A stretch of 64,000 nt of DNA from an uncultured bacterium (GTDB lineage Bacteria > Krumholzibacteriota > Krumholzibacteriia > LZORAL124-64-63): NCBI GenBank assembly GCA_937910695.1, contig CALEMW010000069.1:17933-81932 (forward strand), written 5' to 3'. Below the pieces are notes generated by a model. That model was not told the DNA's origin, did not search any database, and saw only the letters and a list, made by a program, of their open reading frames with translations. Positions 25,724-35,375 of the stretch are shown here, piece by piece. The position numbers were made by a program, and so were the translations under genes. Numbering within the stretch: position 1 is the stretch's first letter; each line of letters starts with the position of its first letter.

Positions 25724-28099
25724 CTACTTGAGAAGCGCGAGCTTCTGCACCTCCACAATCCTGTCCACCGTCAACCTGGCGAAGTAGACGCCTCCGGACA
25801 TCGTACGGCCCTCGCCGTCGCGGCCGTCCCAGAGCACCTGCTGCCAACCGGGTTCGCCGGTCACCTCGAGGTTGCGCACGGCGCGCCCGCGCTGATCGAA
25901 GATCACCATGGACACGTTTTTGGAGCCGGCCGGAATGTGGTACTTCAGCACCGTGGCCGGGTTGAACGGGTTGGGCTCGGCGGGCAGCAGCCGGGCGGTC
26001 ACGCCCATGCCGGGCAGATCGTCCACGCCTGTGCTCACATCGTTGGTGAAGGACACCTCGTCGATCCACCAACCGATGCCGCAGAAATCACCGTCTTCGG
26101 CCGACCAGGCGCCATCGCTGGTCATGCGCAGCCTGACATCGATGACGGCCACCCCCGAGCCGGTATCGCAGGCGCTGAGCACAGAACCCGGAATGGCCCA
26201 GGTGTCGGTCACACAGCTGCTCGCACCGTTGACCGCCGCGATCTGGGTCCAGGTGCCGTTGGCGTCGCCGGCGCAGCGCGCCTCGACGATACCGTAGTCG
26301 TAACCGGACTCCAGATCGTAATGATGACGCAGCGAGATGGTGGCGCCTGCAGTCACGGCCACGGTTTTCCAGGTGAAGTCGTCCCAGTTGTTGCCGTAGC
26401 CCGGAGGGCAGACATAGTCGGGATTGTCGAGTCCGAACCAGAGTCCGCCGTTGCCGCTGCAGGTGCCTGCCTGGGTGAGGTCGTGGTGTACGTACCCGTC
26501 GCAGAACATCCAGCCGTCGGTGCCGGTTTCGAAGGTCGAAGTCAGAATCTTGTCGGGCGAGGCCGTCGGCTTGGCCTTGGCGCCGATGGTGAAGTCGACG
26601 ATCACATCGGTGCCGCTCAGGGCGATGTTCTCGATGGCGAGGCCCGTGGCGTCGCAGGAGTAGTCCTGGGCCGAAGGGATCGTGTTGTCGGCGAAGCGGT
26701 CGCGGTCGCGGGTGCCGACCCACTGTGTCGAGTCGGCGCTGAAGAACGAGAAGCCGGGCCACAGGTCGCCGTCGTCGCCGCGGTTGGGATTGACCAGGGG
26801 CAGCTCGCTGCCGTCGCGGGGCAGGTCGAGATGCTCGTAATAGCCGCCGGGAGTGAACCAGGGCGAGGACTCGACCACGTCGAGCAGACGGTGGTTCTCG
26901 TTGGAGTTTCCACCCACGGAATCGTCCACATGGTAGATGGCCAGGCCCTCGGGTGCGGCCAAGCCGTAGCTGATCTGCCGACGCACGAGGGATTCGTCGA
27001 AGCCCAGACGACGTCGGTTCTCCACCAGGAAGTACTCGTCGCCGGTGGTCGCACCGTCGCGCCAGATGCGGTAGGCGACGGCGTTGGTCTCGGCCGGGGG
27101 AATGGTCACGCCGGTGGTCGTGGCCGTGATGGTCGTGGGCGTCAGCCAGCCCATCTGCATCTTCGACCAGGCGGTCATATGCGAGGGGCTGCTGCCCGCC
27201 GGCTCGCCGTCGCGCCGGCCCCAGGAACCGCCGCTCATCAGGCCCCAGTTGCCGATGCCGCTGGAGCTGTAGTCGGTATCGTACACGTCGGGCAGACCGA
27301 TCACGTGGCCGTACTCGTGGGCGAAGACGCCGACGGTGATCTGGGTGCCGTCGGCCAGCATTTCTGGCTCCACCGAGTAACGGAAGAACGACACGCCGTC
27401 GTTGGTGGCGTGGCCCTGGTAGAAGGACCAGGCATGGGACCAGATGTCGTTGGTGTCGCCTGTCTCCTCGCGGCCGGGACCGGCATGCACGAAGAAGAGG
27501 GAGTCGACGTAGCCGTCGTCGTCGCCGGAATCGGGGATGCCGTCGGGGCCGTCGTTGTCGTACTGGCTGTAGTCGATGATGGGATCGAGCTGATCAATGG
27601 CGTCCTCGATCATCGATCGCACCTGACCGTAGTCGGTGGGCGTGATGGCCGAGTAGAGCGCCGCTGATGTGTTCCAGCCGTGAACGAGCCCCCCGACGCT
27701 GTAGGCGCCGTAGCTGTTCTCGATGTAGAAGTCGTTCATGCTGCCGGTGGGATAAGTGCCGGTCGAGAACATCATGTCGTCGTAGCCGGACTGGGGATGC
27801 GCCACCTGGTCGGCGGTGTGGTCGGTCCATTCGAACAGGATGACCAGGCAGGTGCCGGTGCCGGCGACCTTGTCCGGCGACGAGCCACGCTTGGCCTGCA
27901 TGGCGGCGTAGAGCTCGTCTTCGGGACGCAGCTTACTCTGTGGAATCATGCCGGCCAGGGCCGTGGTGCGGACAGGGCCGAACTGCTTGAGCAACTCCGG
28001 CGATGCGGAAACCGGACAGGGGACGTCGAGGGAATGGTCCGCGGCCGTCACCGGGCCGATGGCGAGCAAAATCGTGAGCGCAATGAGAAGGGTGCGCAT
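25724..28099 (-). CDS. M6-family (InhA-like) zinc metalloprotease with a T9SS C-terminal sorting domain.
   Basis: A GGAGG RBS and a signal peptide are present. The HExxH zinc site is VGVFAHEYGHVIGLPDVYD, characteristic of M6. The C-terminal tail is EPNPFNPATVLKYHIPAGSKNVSMVIFDQRGRAVRNL...WDGRDGEGRTMSGGVYFARLTVDRIVEVQKLALLK. Confidence 0.8.
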   Translation of the reverse strand: MRTLLIALTILLAIGPVTAADHSLDVPCPVSASPELLKQFGPVRTTALAGMIPQSKLRPEDELYAAMQAKRGSSPDKVAGTGTCLVILFEWTDHTADQVAHPQSGYDDMMFSTGTYPTGSMNDFYIENSYGAYSVGGLVHGWNTSAALYSAITPTDYGQVRSMIEDAIDQLDPIIDYSQYDNDGPDGIPDSGDDDGYVDSLFFVHAGPGREETGDTNDIWSHAWSFYQGHATNDGVSFFRYSVEPEMLADGTQITVGVFAHEYGHVIGLPDVYDTDYSSSGIGNWGLMSGGSWGRRDGEPAGSSPSHMTAWSKMQMGWLTPTTITATTTGVTIPPAETNAVAYRIWRDGATTGDEYFLVENRRRLGFDESLVRRQISYGLAAPEGLAIYHVDDSVGGNSNENHRLLDVVESSPWFTPGGYYEHLDLPRDGSELPLVNPNRGDDGDLWPGFSFFSADSTQWVGTRDRDRFADNTIPSAQDYSCDATGLAIENIALSGTDVIVDFTIGAKAKPTASPDKILTSTFETGTDGWMFCDGYVHHDLTQAGTCSGNGGLWFGLDNPDYVCPPGYGNNWDDFTWKTVAVTAGATISLRHHYDLESGYDYGIVEARCAGDANGTWTQIAAVNGASSCVTDTWAIPGSVLSACDTGSGVAVIDVRLRMTSDGAWSAEDGDFCGIGWWIDEVSFTNDVSTGVDDLPGMGVTARLLPAEPNPFNPATVLKYHIPAGSKNVSMVIFDQRGRAVRNLEVTGEPGWQQVLWDGRDGEGRTMSGGVYFARLTVDRIVEVQKLALLK

Positions 28100-28380
28100 C
28101 GCGACCTCCGTTCAGGGGTAGCAGTCTTGGGGGGGGGCGGGCGACCCCGGTCTCGGGCGAACACAGCAGCGTCAAGACGGTGACGCCAATGGCTATTATA
28201 CCATAGATGGGTGTTTGCCGCGACCCGACCATCTCCTACCAACATACTATGTAATCAATTTGTTTCGAATTTTATTGACACAATAGATCTAACCTCTAGC
28301 TTGGGTGTTGTTCTTTTGTCAATCCCCATCCGGCTCTCTCCGGATTCCATTGTGTGAGCATGTTCATCTGGGAGGATGTC

Positions 28381-28722
28381 ATGAGAAGAACCGCACTGGC
28401 ACTGGCTCTATTGGCCCTTCTGGCCGGCGGCGCCGTTGCCGCGGACAAGGCCGAAAAGCTGGACGGCAAGACCCTCTACAAGACCATGTGCAAGGTCTGC
28501 CACGGCGAAGACGCCGAAGCGGGTGAATACACGCCCATGTACCTGATCATCGAGCAGTGGGAACGCTTCTTCGACGAGGACTACGCCGAGACCCACGCCG
28601 AGGCCGCCTACGAGGACGGCGCGAAGGTGATCGATGCCATCACCCCCGAAATGCTCAAGCTGATCCGTGAATTCTGCATCGAGGGTGCCGCCGATTCCGA
28701 GCACCCGATGACCTGCGGTTAA
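28381..28722 (+). CDS. Periplasmic monoheme cytochrome c.
   Basis: A GGGAGG RBS lies at 28370. The signal peptide is MRRTALALALLALLAGGAVAA, followed by the single heme motif CKVCH. Length is 113 aa. The GTG at 28354 in the track is upstream of the RBS. Confidence 0.7.
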   Translation: MRRTALALALLALLAGGAVAADKAEKLDGKTLYKTMCKVCHGEDAEAGEYTPMYLIIEQWERFFDEDYAETHAEAAYEDGAKVIDAITPEMLKLIREFCIEGAADSEHPMTCG

Positions 28723-28750
28723 CCCGAAGCCCCCACCCGGAGGTACCGAC

Positions 28751-30478
28751 ATGAAGAAGATGTACGCCCTCGTCCTGATCCTGACCGTGTTCGCGGCCGG
28801 GTTCGCTGTTGCGGACGAAGACAACGCCAAGCTCGAGAAAAAGATCAAGGACCTCGAGAAACGCCTGCGCCATGTCGAGGTCAAGGCGGCCAAGGACCGT
28901 ATGGAGTTCACCGGCGACATGCGCGTCGAGGTGAGCAACATCAACGCCGAAGTCGGGCCCTACGTGGACGGCATGACGGTTCAGAACGCCATGGCCCAGA
29001 CTCTGTTCTACTTCGGCATGAACCAGGACAACCCGACGGGTCCGCTGCCCATGACTCCCCTAGGCGGTCTCGACTTCACCGCTCTCGGAAACTACATCAT
29101 GGCCAACGGCGGCGACTATATGGCCTACGCCAATTCCATGACCTTCGCCGACCTCCAGGGCGGCATGATGGATCTGTTGACGGCCATGGCCCAGATGAAC
29201 GGCATGGATCCCTCGACTCTGACTCCTGCTCAGTGGGCCGGTCTTCAGGACCAGGCCATGCAGATGATGGCAGCCGCCCCCGGCGCCGACCAGGACGGCT
29301 ACGACTACAAGAACGACGTGCTCTACACCACGCGCCTGCGCCTCAACATGAACGCCAAGGTCGCCGAGAACGTCGACTTCCAGGGCCGCCTGACCATGTA
29401 CAAGCCCTGGGGCGACAGCTCCGGCGTGCAGGTCTTCAACGGCCAGAGCAACAGCCTGAACATCGACGGCACTTCGGGCCGTTACCCCAACAGCGACATC
29501 CTCCGCGTCGAGCGCGCCTACTTCAACTGGCGCCACATCGCCGACACGTCGTTCTACCTGAGCTTCGGCCGTCGCCCCAGCGCGGGTGGCCCGCCCATGC
29601 ACTTCCGCGACGACGAGATGCGCGCCGGCACGCCCCTGGGCACGCTCATCGACTTCGCCTTCGACGGCATCACCGCCGGCTTCACACCCTACGAGGGCGG
29701 CACGTTCCGCCTGTGCTACGGCCTGGGCTACGAGTCGGGATTCGGCTCCGCCGAGAACCTGAAGCCGGAGGCGAACCGTCTGAAGGACGCCCACTTCTTC
29801 GGCTTCAACTGGGACATGCTCAACAAGGACGGCATCACGATGCAGTCCACCGTCGCCCGCGCCTTCGACGTGACCGACGGCTTCAACGGCCTCGTCGTGC
29901 TGCCGGACAACCCGGTCAGCGGCGATGCCATCGGCGCGCCGATGGTCATGCGCTTCTCCCCCTCGGCCAACCTGGGCGACATCGACCTGGCCGGCCTGCT
30001 GGTGACCTACGAGAACGACCGGTTCGACCTGTTCGCCAGCTACAACATCATGAAGTCGCACCCCGATGCCGTGACCACGCCCTTCGGCGGCCTGTTCTGC
30101 GATCCCTTCGACACCCCCGAAGAGCAGACCGGCAAGATGGGCTACATCGGCGCCCGTTATAAGTTCAGCAACGACAAGACCAAGCTGGGCGTGGAGTACA
30201 ACGAGGGCAGCCAGTACTGGTTCAACTTCAGCCACGGCGCCGACGACATCTTCGCCCCGAAGACCGGCACCCGCGGCTCGGTGATCGAGGTCTACCTGAC
30301 CCACCGCATCGCCCAGAAGTTCCTCTGCAAGCTCGATTTTATGCAGTACGACTACGACTACAGCGGCTCGGGTTGGCACCTGGGCGCCCCCAAGGCCCTC
30401 GACGCCACGCCGATGCTCGGTTACCCGACCTTCGACAAGGCCACGGTCGTGTCGCTGAGCTCGACGGTGCGTTTCTAA
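28751..30478 (+). CDS. Outer-membrane beta-barrel protein with an N-terminal coiled-coil (DUF3373-like putative porin).
   Basis: A GGAGG RBS and the signal peptide MKKMYALVLILTVFAAGFAVA are present. A coiled-coil follows (DEDNAKLEKKIKDLEKRLRHVEVKAAKDR). The ~500-aa Gly/Tyr/Asn-rich alternating beta-pattern ends ...SLSSTVRF with a terminal Phe. Confidence 0.6.
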   Translation: MKKMYALVLILTVFAAGFAVADEDNAKLEKKIKDLEKRLRHVEVKAAKDRMEFTGDMRVEVSNINAEVGPYVDGMTVQNAMAQTLFYFGMNQDNPTGPLPMTPLGGLDFTALGNYIMANGGDYMAYANSMTFADLQGGMMDLLTAMAQMNGMDPSTLTPAQWAGLQDQAMQMMAAAPGADQDGYDYKNDVLYTTRLRLNMNAKVAENVDFQGRLTMYKPWGDSSGVQVFNGQSNSLNIDGTSGRYPNSDILRVERAYFNWRHIADTSFYLSFGRRPSAGGPPMHFRDDEMRAGTPLGTLIDFAFDGITAGFTPYEGGTFRLCYGLGYESGFGSAENLKPEANRLKDAHFFGFNWDMLNKDGITMQSTVARAFDVTDGFNGLVVLPDNPVSGDAIGAPMVMRFSPSANLGDIDLAGLLVTYENDRFDLFASYNIMKSHPDAVTTPFGGLFCDPFDTPEEQTGKMGYIGARYKFSNDKTKLGVEYNEGSQYWFNFSHGADDIFAPKTGTRGSVIEVYLTHRIAQKFLCKLDFMQYDYDYSGSGWHLGAPKALDATPMLGYPTFDKATVVSLSSTVRF

Positions 30479-30485
30479 GGAGTCC

Positions 30486-31892
30486 ATGATGAAGCGAGCG
30501 AGTGTGATGCTCCTGCTCGTCGCCATCGCGGCGGTATCCGGCCCCTCGGGGGCCGGCGCCGCCACGGCGTCGCATGCGGAGATGTTCGAGCACTACGAAG
30601 GCACGGCCACCTGCCTCGAATGCCACGAGGACGAGGCCGCCGCATTCTTCCACACCCAGCACTACCAGTGGCGGGGCGAGAACCCAGGCCTGGCCAACGT
30701 CGACGGCCAGCGCCTCGGCAAGATCAACACCATCAACGATTTCTGCACCAACCCGATGCCGAGCTGGATCGGCAACGCCGTCAACGAGGACGGCAAGGTG
30801 CTGGCCCAGGGTTGTTCGAAGTGCCACGCCGGTCTCGGCCTGAAGCCCGAGCCCGTGCTGTCGCGGGAGCAGCTCGAGAACATCGACTGCCTGATCTGCC
30901 ACGCGAGCGGCTACCGGCGCGACATCACCCAGGACGAGAACGGCAACGACGTGTGGCGCTCCATCCTCTGGGGCCGCAACCAGGCCGGCCTCGACGCCAT
31001 CGCCAAGCGCATCAGCCTGCCCGGCCGCAAGATGTGCCTGCGCTGCCATTCCGGCGCCGGCGGCGGTCCGAACTTCAAGCGCGGCGACATCGAATACGAG
31101 CTGGCCGAGACCGACCGCACCTTCGATGTGCACATGGGCACCGACGGCGCCGACATGGCCTGCATCGACTGCCACCGCGGCGACGACCACCGCGTGCGCG
31201 GCCGCGGCGCCGACCTCTCGGGTACCGACATGCCCCACGCCAACCTGCGCTGCACCGAATGTCACGACGCGAGGCCCCACGGCAAGCTGGTCCTGGACAA
31301 GCACGCCGAACGGATCGCCTGCGAGACCTGCCACATTCCGACCTTCGCCAAGCGCGACCAGACCGACATGGTCCGCGACTGGTCGACGCCCAAGTACCAC
31401 CCCGACGCCAAGAAGTGGTCGGCGACGATCACCATGGGCCAGGACGTGGTGCCCGAGTACGCCTGGTGGAACGGCATGACGATCCACCAGGAGATGGGCG
31501 TGAAGGCCGAAGCCGGCGACGACGGCGTGATCGCCACGATGCGGCCGGTGGGCTCGAAGAAGGACGATGGCTCGAAGATCTATCCCTTCAAGCTCCACCG
31601 CGGGCGTCTGCCCCGCCTCGTGAACCAGGGCTGGCTCGTGCCCCTGGCCGTGGACGAGTTCTTCGTGGACGGAGATCTCGAAAAGGCGGTGCAGGAAGGC
31701 GGCCACGTCGCCTACGGACTCGAGCACTTCGAGTACGAGTGGGTCGACGTGAAGCGCTACATGGGGATCTACCACGAGGTGCTGCCGGCGTCGGGAGCCC
31801 TCGACTGCCTCGACTGCCATAGCGAGGATGGGCGCTTTCCCTGGACCGCGCTGGGGTACAAGGAAGATCCTGTGTTGAAGCGGATGAAGTAG
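30486..31892 (+). CDS. Octaheme c-type cytochrome (8 CXXCH).
   Basis: An AAGGAG RBS and a signal peptide are present. The heme motifs are CLECH, CSKCH, CLICH, CLRCH, CIDCH, CTECH, CETCH and CLDCH. It lies 7 nt downstream of the barrel gene. Confidence 0.8.
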   Translation: MMKRASVMLLLVAIAAVSGPSGAGAATASHAEMFEHYEGTATCLECHEDEAAAFFHTQHYQWRGENPGLANVDGQRLGKINTINDFCTNPMPSWIGNAVNEDGKVLAQGCSKCHAGLGLKPEPVLSREQLENIDCLICHASGYRRDITQDENGNDVWRSILWGRNQAGLDAIAKRISLPGRKMCLRCHSGAGGGPNFKRGDIEYELAETDRTFDVHMGTDGADMACIDCHRGDDHRVRGRGADLSGTDMPHANLRCTECHDARPHGKLVLDKHAERIACETCHIPTFAKRDQTDMVRDWSTPKYHPDAKKWSATITMGQDVVPEYAWWNGMTIHQEMGVKAEAGDDGVIATMRPVGSKKDDGSKIYPFKLHRGRLPRLVNQGWLVPLAVDEFFVDGDLEKAVQEGGHVAYGLEHFEYEWVDVKRYMGIYHEVLPASGALDCLDCHSEDGRFPWTALGYKEDPVLKRMK

Positions 31893-31916
31893 GTCGAGTC
31901 CGCGATGATCGTAAGC

Positions 31917-31957
31917 AGCGGGGCCTCTCTCCTGAGGGGCCCCGCTTCTTGTTCTCC
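31917..31957 (+). terminator. Rho-independent terminator candidate after the cytochrome cluster.
   Basis: The hairpin agcggggcc-tctctcctgag(g)-ggccccgct is followed by TCTTGTTCTCC. It sits 25 nt after the octaheme cytochrome stop and before the convergent GH31 gene. Confidence 0.5.
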
Positions 31958-31974
31958 GTGTGTGTGACGCCGGC

Positions 31975-34900
31975 TCAGTAGCCTTCGACCACGGCGTCGG
32001 TCCAGTCCACCATGACACCCTCATCGTCGGTGACGACACCGAGGACGAGCGTCGAGACGCCACGTATGTCGAGCCGCGGCTTCATCACATCTCCCTTAGC
32101 CACCGGGCCGCTGTCCCAGAGCAGCCGCCCATCGCCGTGGATCTGGAAGCGGACGACCGCAGGCGGAGATGCGTCGTCGAGGCCCACGTCCGCACGGAAC
32201 CTGATCCAGCGGGCCGTCCTTGCCGGACCCTCCATTAACCGCATGGATTCCATGTCGAGCCCCCAACCCACCTCGGCCGCACCGACGACGCCGAAGCCCG
32301 ATGCGGCCGGCAAGCCGCCAAGCACCATGGGACGCTTATCTGCGTTCTGCCCCAAGAAGACCTGACTTGTGGATGCGGAAGGCTGGACCACGCCATCCTT
32401 CGCCAGCACGAGCTCCACCGGCGCTCCGGTCGACGTCTCAAACTCCAGCAGCCGGAATTCCGAAATGGTCACCGGGCTCACAAGCACCGGTGCGAGGGCG
32501 TCGTACTCGACGGGCTCGTCGGAGTTGGCGCCGAGAACCATCGGGTCGGCCCCCATGTCGTGGGTGCTCAGCACACGGAAGCGCATCAGGCTGCCGGCCT
32601 TGGGCGCGAAGCGGACCTCCATCTCCCCTTCCGACTTCTCGATGGAGCCGGACGACACCGGCTCGCCCCACTCCCCGTTCACATCGGCCAGGTAGAGCTC
32701 GTAGGAACGCACCTGTCCGTACTCCCAGTACTTGTCGTTGCGCGGGGCGATGCGGAAACCCTCGATCATGCGGCGCTCGCCGAGCGAGAGCACGAACTCG
32801 TGGGGTCCATAGGCCGCGGACTGGTCGCGCACCGAGCGGAACCAGGTGGCGGGGTCGCCGTCGAAGGCGTTCTCGAGGGGATGGCCCGGCTCCTCGGCGG
32901 CGCGGTTGACGACCATCAGGGCGTCGACGGGCACGGTGCCGTCGCCGGCGGGCTTGCGGGGATACGGAGGCGTGGCGGCGAGCTCGGCCCGGGGATCGAT
33001 CTCGGCCAGAAGGTGATGCTCGACGCCCATGTCGAGCGGGCCGGTCTTCACGTGGATTACTCCGTAGCGGTCGTCGGGGTCGAAGTGCCAGCCGGCGTCG
33101 GCCGCGTCGAAGGCGGAGCGTGTCGGGTGCCACGGCAGGGCGGCACCGTCGAGGGCGACCAGCTCGGGCGTGACGCGGGTGTGGAGCAGGACGACCAGGC
33201 TGCGGCGACGCAGCATGCCGTCGAAGGAGCCGTCGACCGGGGCCGCCGTCAGCTCGACCGGACCGGCGCCGTGCTTCGGCGCCGACACCGTGAAGCCCTG
33301 GGTCGAGAACGCGCCTTCGCGGTAGGCGCGGGTGTCGCCGTCGTCCTCGTAGAGCACGAACTCGGAGTGGCCGCGGGGGTAGACGTCGAGGGTGAGCGGA
33401 TCGGCGGGCACTTGGCCGTCGTAGAGCGACTCGGGGTACATCGGGATGATCGCGCCGCCGCTCACGAAGACCGGCAGGGTCGCGAGATCCACCGGAACGT
33501 CCACGTCCTCGCCTCCGGCGCCGGCTTCGACCACCTGACCGGTCCAGTAGTCGATCCATCGTCCCTGGGGCAGGTGCACGCCCTCGCGCCAGCCACCGCT
33601 CGATGATTCGCTGCGATAGACCGGTGCCACGAGCAGGTCGCGGCCGAGGAAGAACTGGTAGGGATAGTCCTCGGTCCCCGCGTGGGGATCGCCGGGGTGG
33701 TCCCAGAGCAGGCCGCGCACCATGGGCGCACCCGTCGTCGCGGTCTCGCGGGCCAGGGTGTAGATGATCGGCATCAGGCGCTGGCGCAGCTTCATGTAGC
33801 GGCGGTTGATGGAGCGGTATGGTTCGTCGAACCACCAGGGGTGCTTGCGTTCGGCCTTGGACCAGCCGGACATGCCCATGAAAACCGAGGTGAAGCATTT
33901 CCACTGCAGGTCGCGGGTGAACGTCTCGGGGGAGCCGCCGAAGATGCCGTCGACGTCGCCGGTGGAGTAGTTCATGCCCGAGAGGCCGGAGCCGATGAGG
34001 GTGGGCACGTGCCAGCGGATGTAGTCCCAGCTGCCGGACTGGTCGCCGGTCCAGGTCACCGCATAGCGCTGGATGCCGGCCCAGCCCATGACCGTCCAGA
34101 TGAAGGGGCGGGCGTCGGAGTTGTCGAGGAAGCCCTGGGCCGCGTCGTGGTTGGCGTCGAGGGCCCACTGGTAGCCCTTGCCGGTCCAGGCCACGTCGAG
34201 TTTCTGGACACGGGTGCCGGCCGTGCCCACCTCCCAGGCGATCTTTTCGACGCCGTTCTCGGTCCACAGGCCGGTGCGGAAGCCGAGCTTGCGCAACCCC
34301 GCCACCACCTCGGGAAGATCCGTATAGCCGCAGCCGTAACCGTCGTTGGGCAGGATCCAACCGCCGGGCATGTCGTGTTCGCGGTACTTCCGCGCCACCG
34401 AAGCCACCACGTCGGGGGTGGTGCCGGTGGGGCCGTCACTCCAGCCTGCGGGCACGGTGCCGGGCTTGTCGACGTTGTCGCCGTCGTTGTAGCAGTCGGC
34501 GTCGCCGTAGCCGAAGGCCCAGCGGGGCAGCAGCGGGGCGCGGCCGGTGAGTCGGGTGTAGAGGTCGAGCACGCCGCGCACGTCGTCGGCGACCATGTAG
34601 TAGGCGTCGAAGCGGGGCTCGGCGTGGGCGGCGGTCAGGTAGTCGGACGAACGGAAGTCGTACACGCCGTCGGCCCAGGTGTTGCGCAGCACGCCGTAGC
34701 CGCGGCTGCTCATGTAGAAGGGCGCGGGGCTGGGGCGGTCGCCCTCTTCCCAGCCGCCGGAGTAGGAGATCTCCATGAGCTCGCCGTTGAACTCGTAGGC
34801 GCCGTTCTGCTGGCCGCCGCCGTAGAAGCGTTCGAAACGGTCGCTGTCGAGGGTCTGGACGGTGGCGAGGGAGTCGATCGCCAGGGGTTTGAGTTCGCGC

Positions 34901-35286
34901 CAGAGGGGGGTCGTGTCGTTGCTGCGGTAGAGTTCAAAGCGTAGAGGGCTCGGGTAGATGCGAAGAGCCAGGTTGGGAGTGGTGATCAGGTGATGAGTGG
35001 CTCGCCGGATCACCTTCACATCCACGTCCGGAGACGGTTCGAGAACGACGATCGGTGCGACACCACTGCCTTCATCGCTCTCGACGTCGTTGAGACCGGC
35101 TGTGATCCTGAACAGATCATCGCGAAGGAACGAGACGACGACGAGGACTTCACTGTCGGTGCGGAGAGTCACAGAGGATCCGTCCGCCTCGACTGCGGTC
35201 ACTTCGCCCGGTTGGATGGCCTGAGAAACCCCGACGAGCATCGACAGGCAAGTACAGATCAGCAACAAACGAACGGCGCTGGACAT
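31975..35286 (-). CDS. Secreted glycoside hydrolase family 31 (alpha-glucosidase/alpha-xylosidase-like) with C-terminal carbohydrate-binding/discoidin-like domains.
   Basis: A GGAGAGG RBS and a signal peptide are present. The GH31 catalytic region is WTVMGWAGIQRYAVTWTGDQSGSWDYIRWHVPTLIGSGLSGMNYSTGDVDGIFGG. Length is 1103 aa. Confidence 0.8.
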   Translation of the reverse strand: MSSAVRLLLICTCLSMLVGVSQAIQPGEVTAVEADGSSVTLRTDSEVLVVVSFLRDDLFRITAGLNDVESDEGSGVAPIVVLEPSPDVDVKVIRRATHHLITTPNLALRIYPSPLRFELYRSNDTTPLWRELKPLAIDSLATVQTLDSDRFERFYGGGQQNGAYEFNGELMEISYSGGWEEGDRPSPAPFYMSSRGYGVLRNTWADGVYDFRSSDYLTAAHAEPRFDAYYMVADDVRGVLDLYTRLTGRAPLLPRWAFGYGDADCYNDGDNVDKPGTVPAGWSDGPTGTTPDVVASVARKYREHDMPGGWILPNDGYGCGYTDLPEVVAGLRKLGFRTGLWTENGVEKIAWEVGTAGTRVQKLDVAWTGKGYQWALDANHDAAQGFLDNSDARPFIWTVMGWAGIQRYAVTWTGDQSGSWDYIRWHVPTLIGSGLSGMNYSTGDVDGIFGGSPETFTRDLQWKCFTSVFMGMSGWSKAERKHPWWFDEPYRSINRRYMKLRQRLMPIIYTLARETATTGAPMVRGLLWDHPGDPHAGTEDYPYQFFLGRDLLVAPVYRSESSSGGWREGVHLPQGRWIDYWTGQVVEAGAGGEDVDVPVDLATLPVFVSGGAIIPMYPESLYDGQVPADPLTLDVYPRGHSEFVLYEDDGDTRAYREGAFSTQGFTVSAPKHGAGPVELTAAPVDGSFDGMLRRRSLVVLLHTRVTPELVALDGAALPWHPTRSAFDAADAGWHFDPDDRYGVIHVKTGPLDMGVEHHLLAEIDPRAELAATPPYPRKPAGDGTVPVDALMVVNRAAEEPGHPLENAFDGDPATWFRSVRDQSAAYGPHEFVLSLGERRMIEGFRIAPRNDKYWEYGQVRSYELYLADVNGEWGEPVSSGSIEKSEGEMEVRFAPKAGSLMRFRVLSTHDMGADPMVLGANSDEPVEYDALAPVLVSPVTISEFRLLEFETSTGAPVELVLAKDGVVQPSASTSQVFLGQNADKRPMVLGGLPAASGFGVVGAAEVGWGLDMESMRLMEGPARTARWIRFRADVGLDDASPPAVVRFQIHGDGRLLWDSGPVAKGDVMKPRLDIRGVSTLVLGVVTDDEGVMVDWTDAVVEGY

Positions 35287-35375
35287 GTCGAATCCTCTCC
35301 CTGATGGGAATCGTTGAACAAAGTCGACTCCACGCTATCACAACAAAGCTCTTTAGGAACGATCCGTCCGGTCAG

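Noticed and set aside
25579-25758. N-terminal 60-codon extension of the DsrE-like ORF (track 25234..25758).
   Set aside because: The extension translates straight through the 27-bp inverted repeat and a C8 tract and is Gly/Arg-rich. The conserved DsrE-like domain begins at Met 61.
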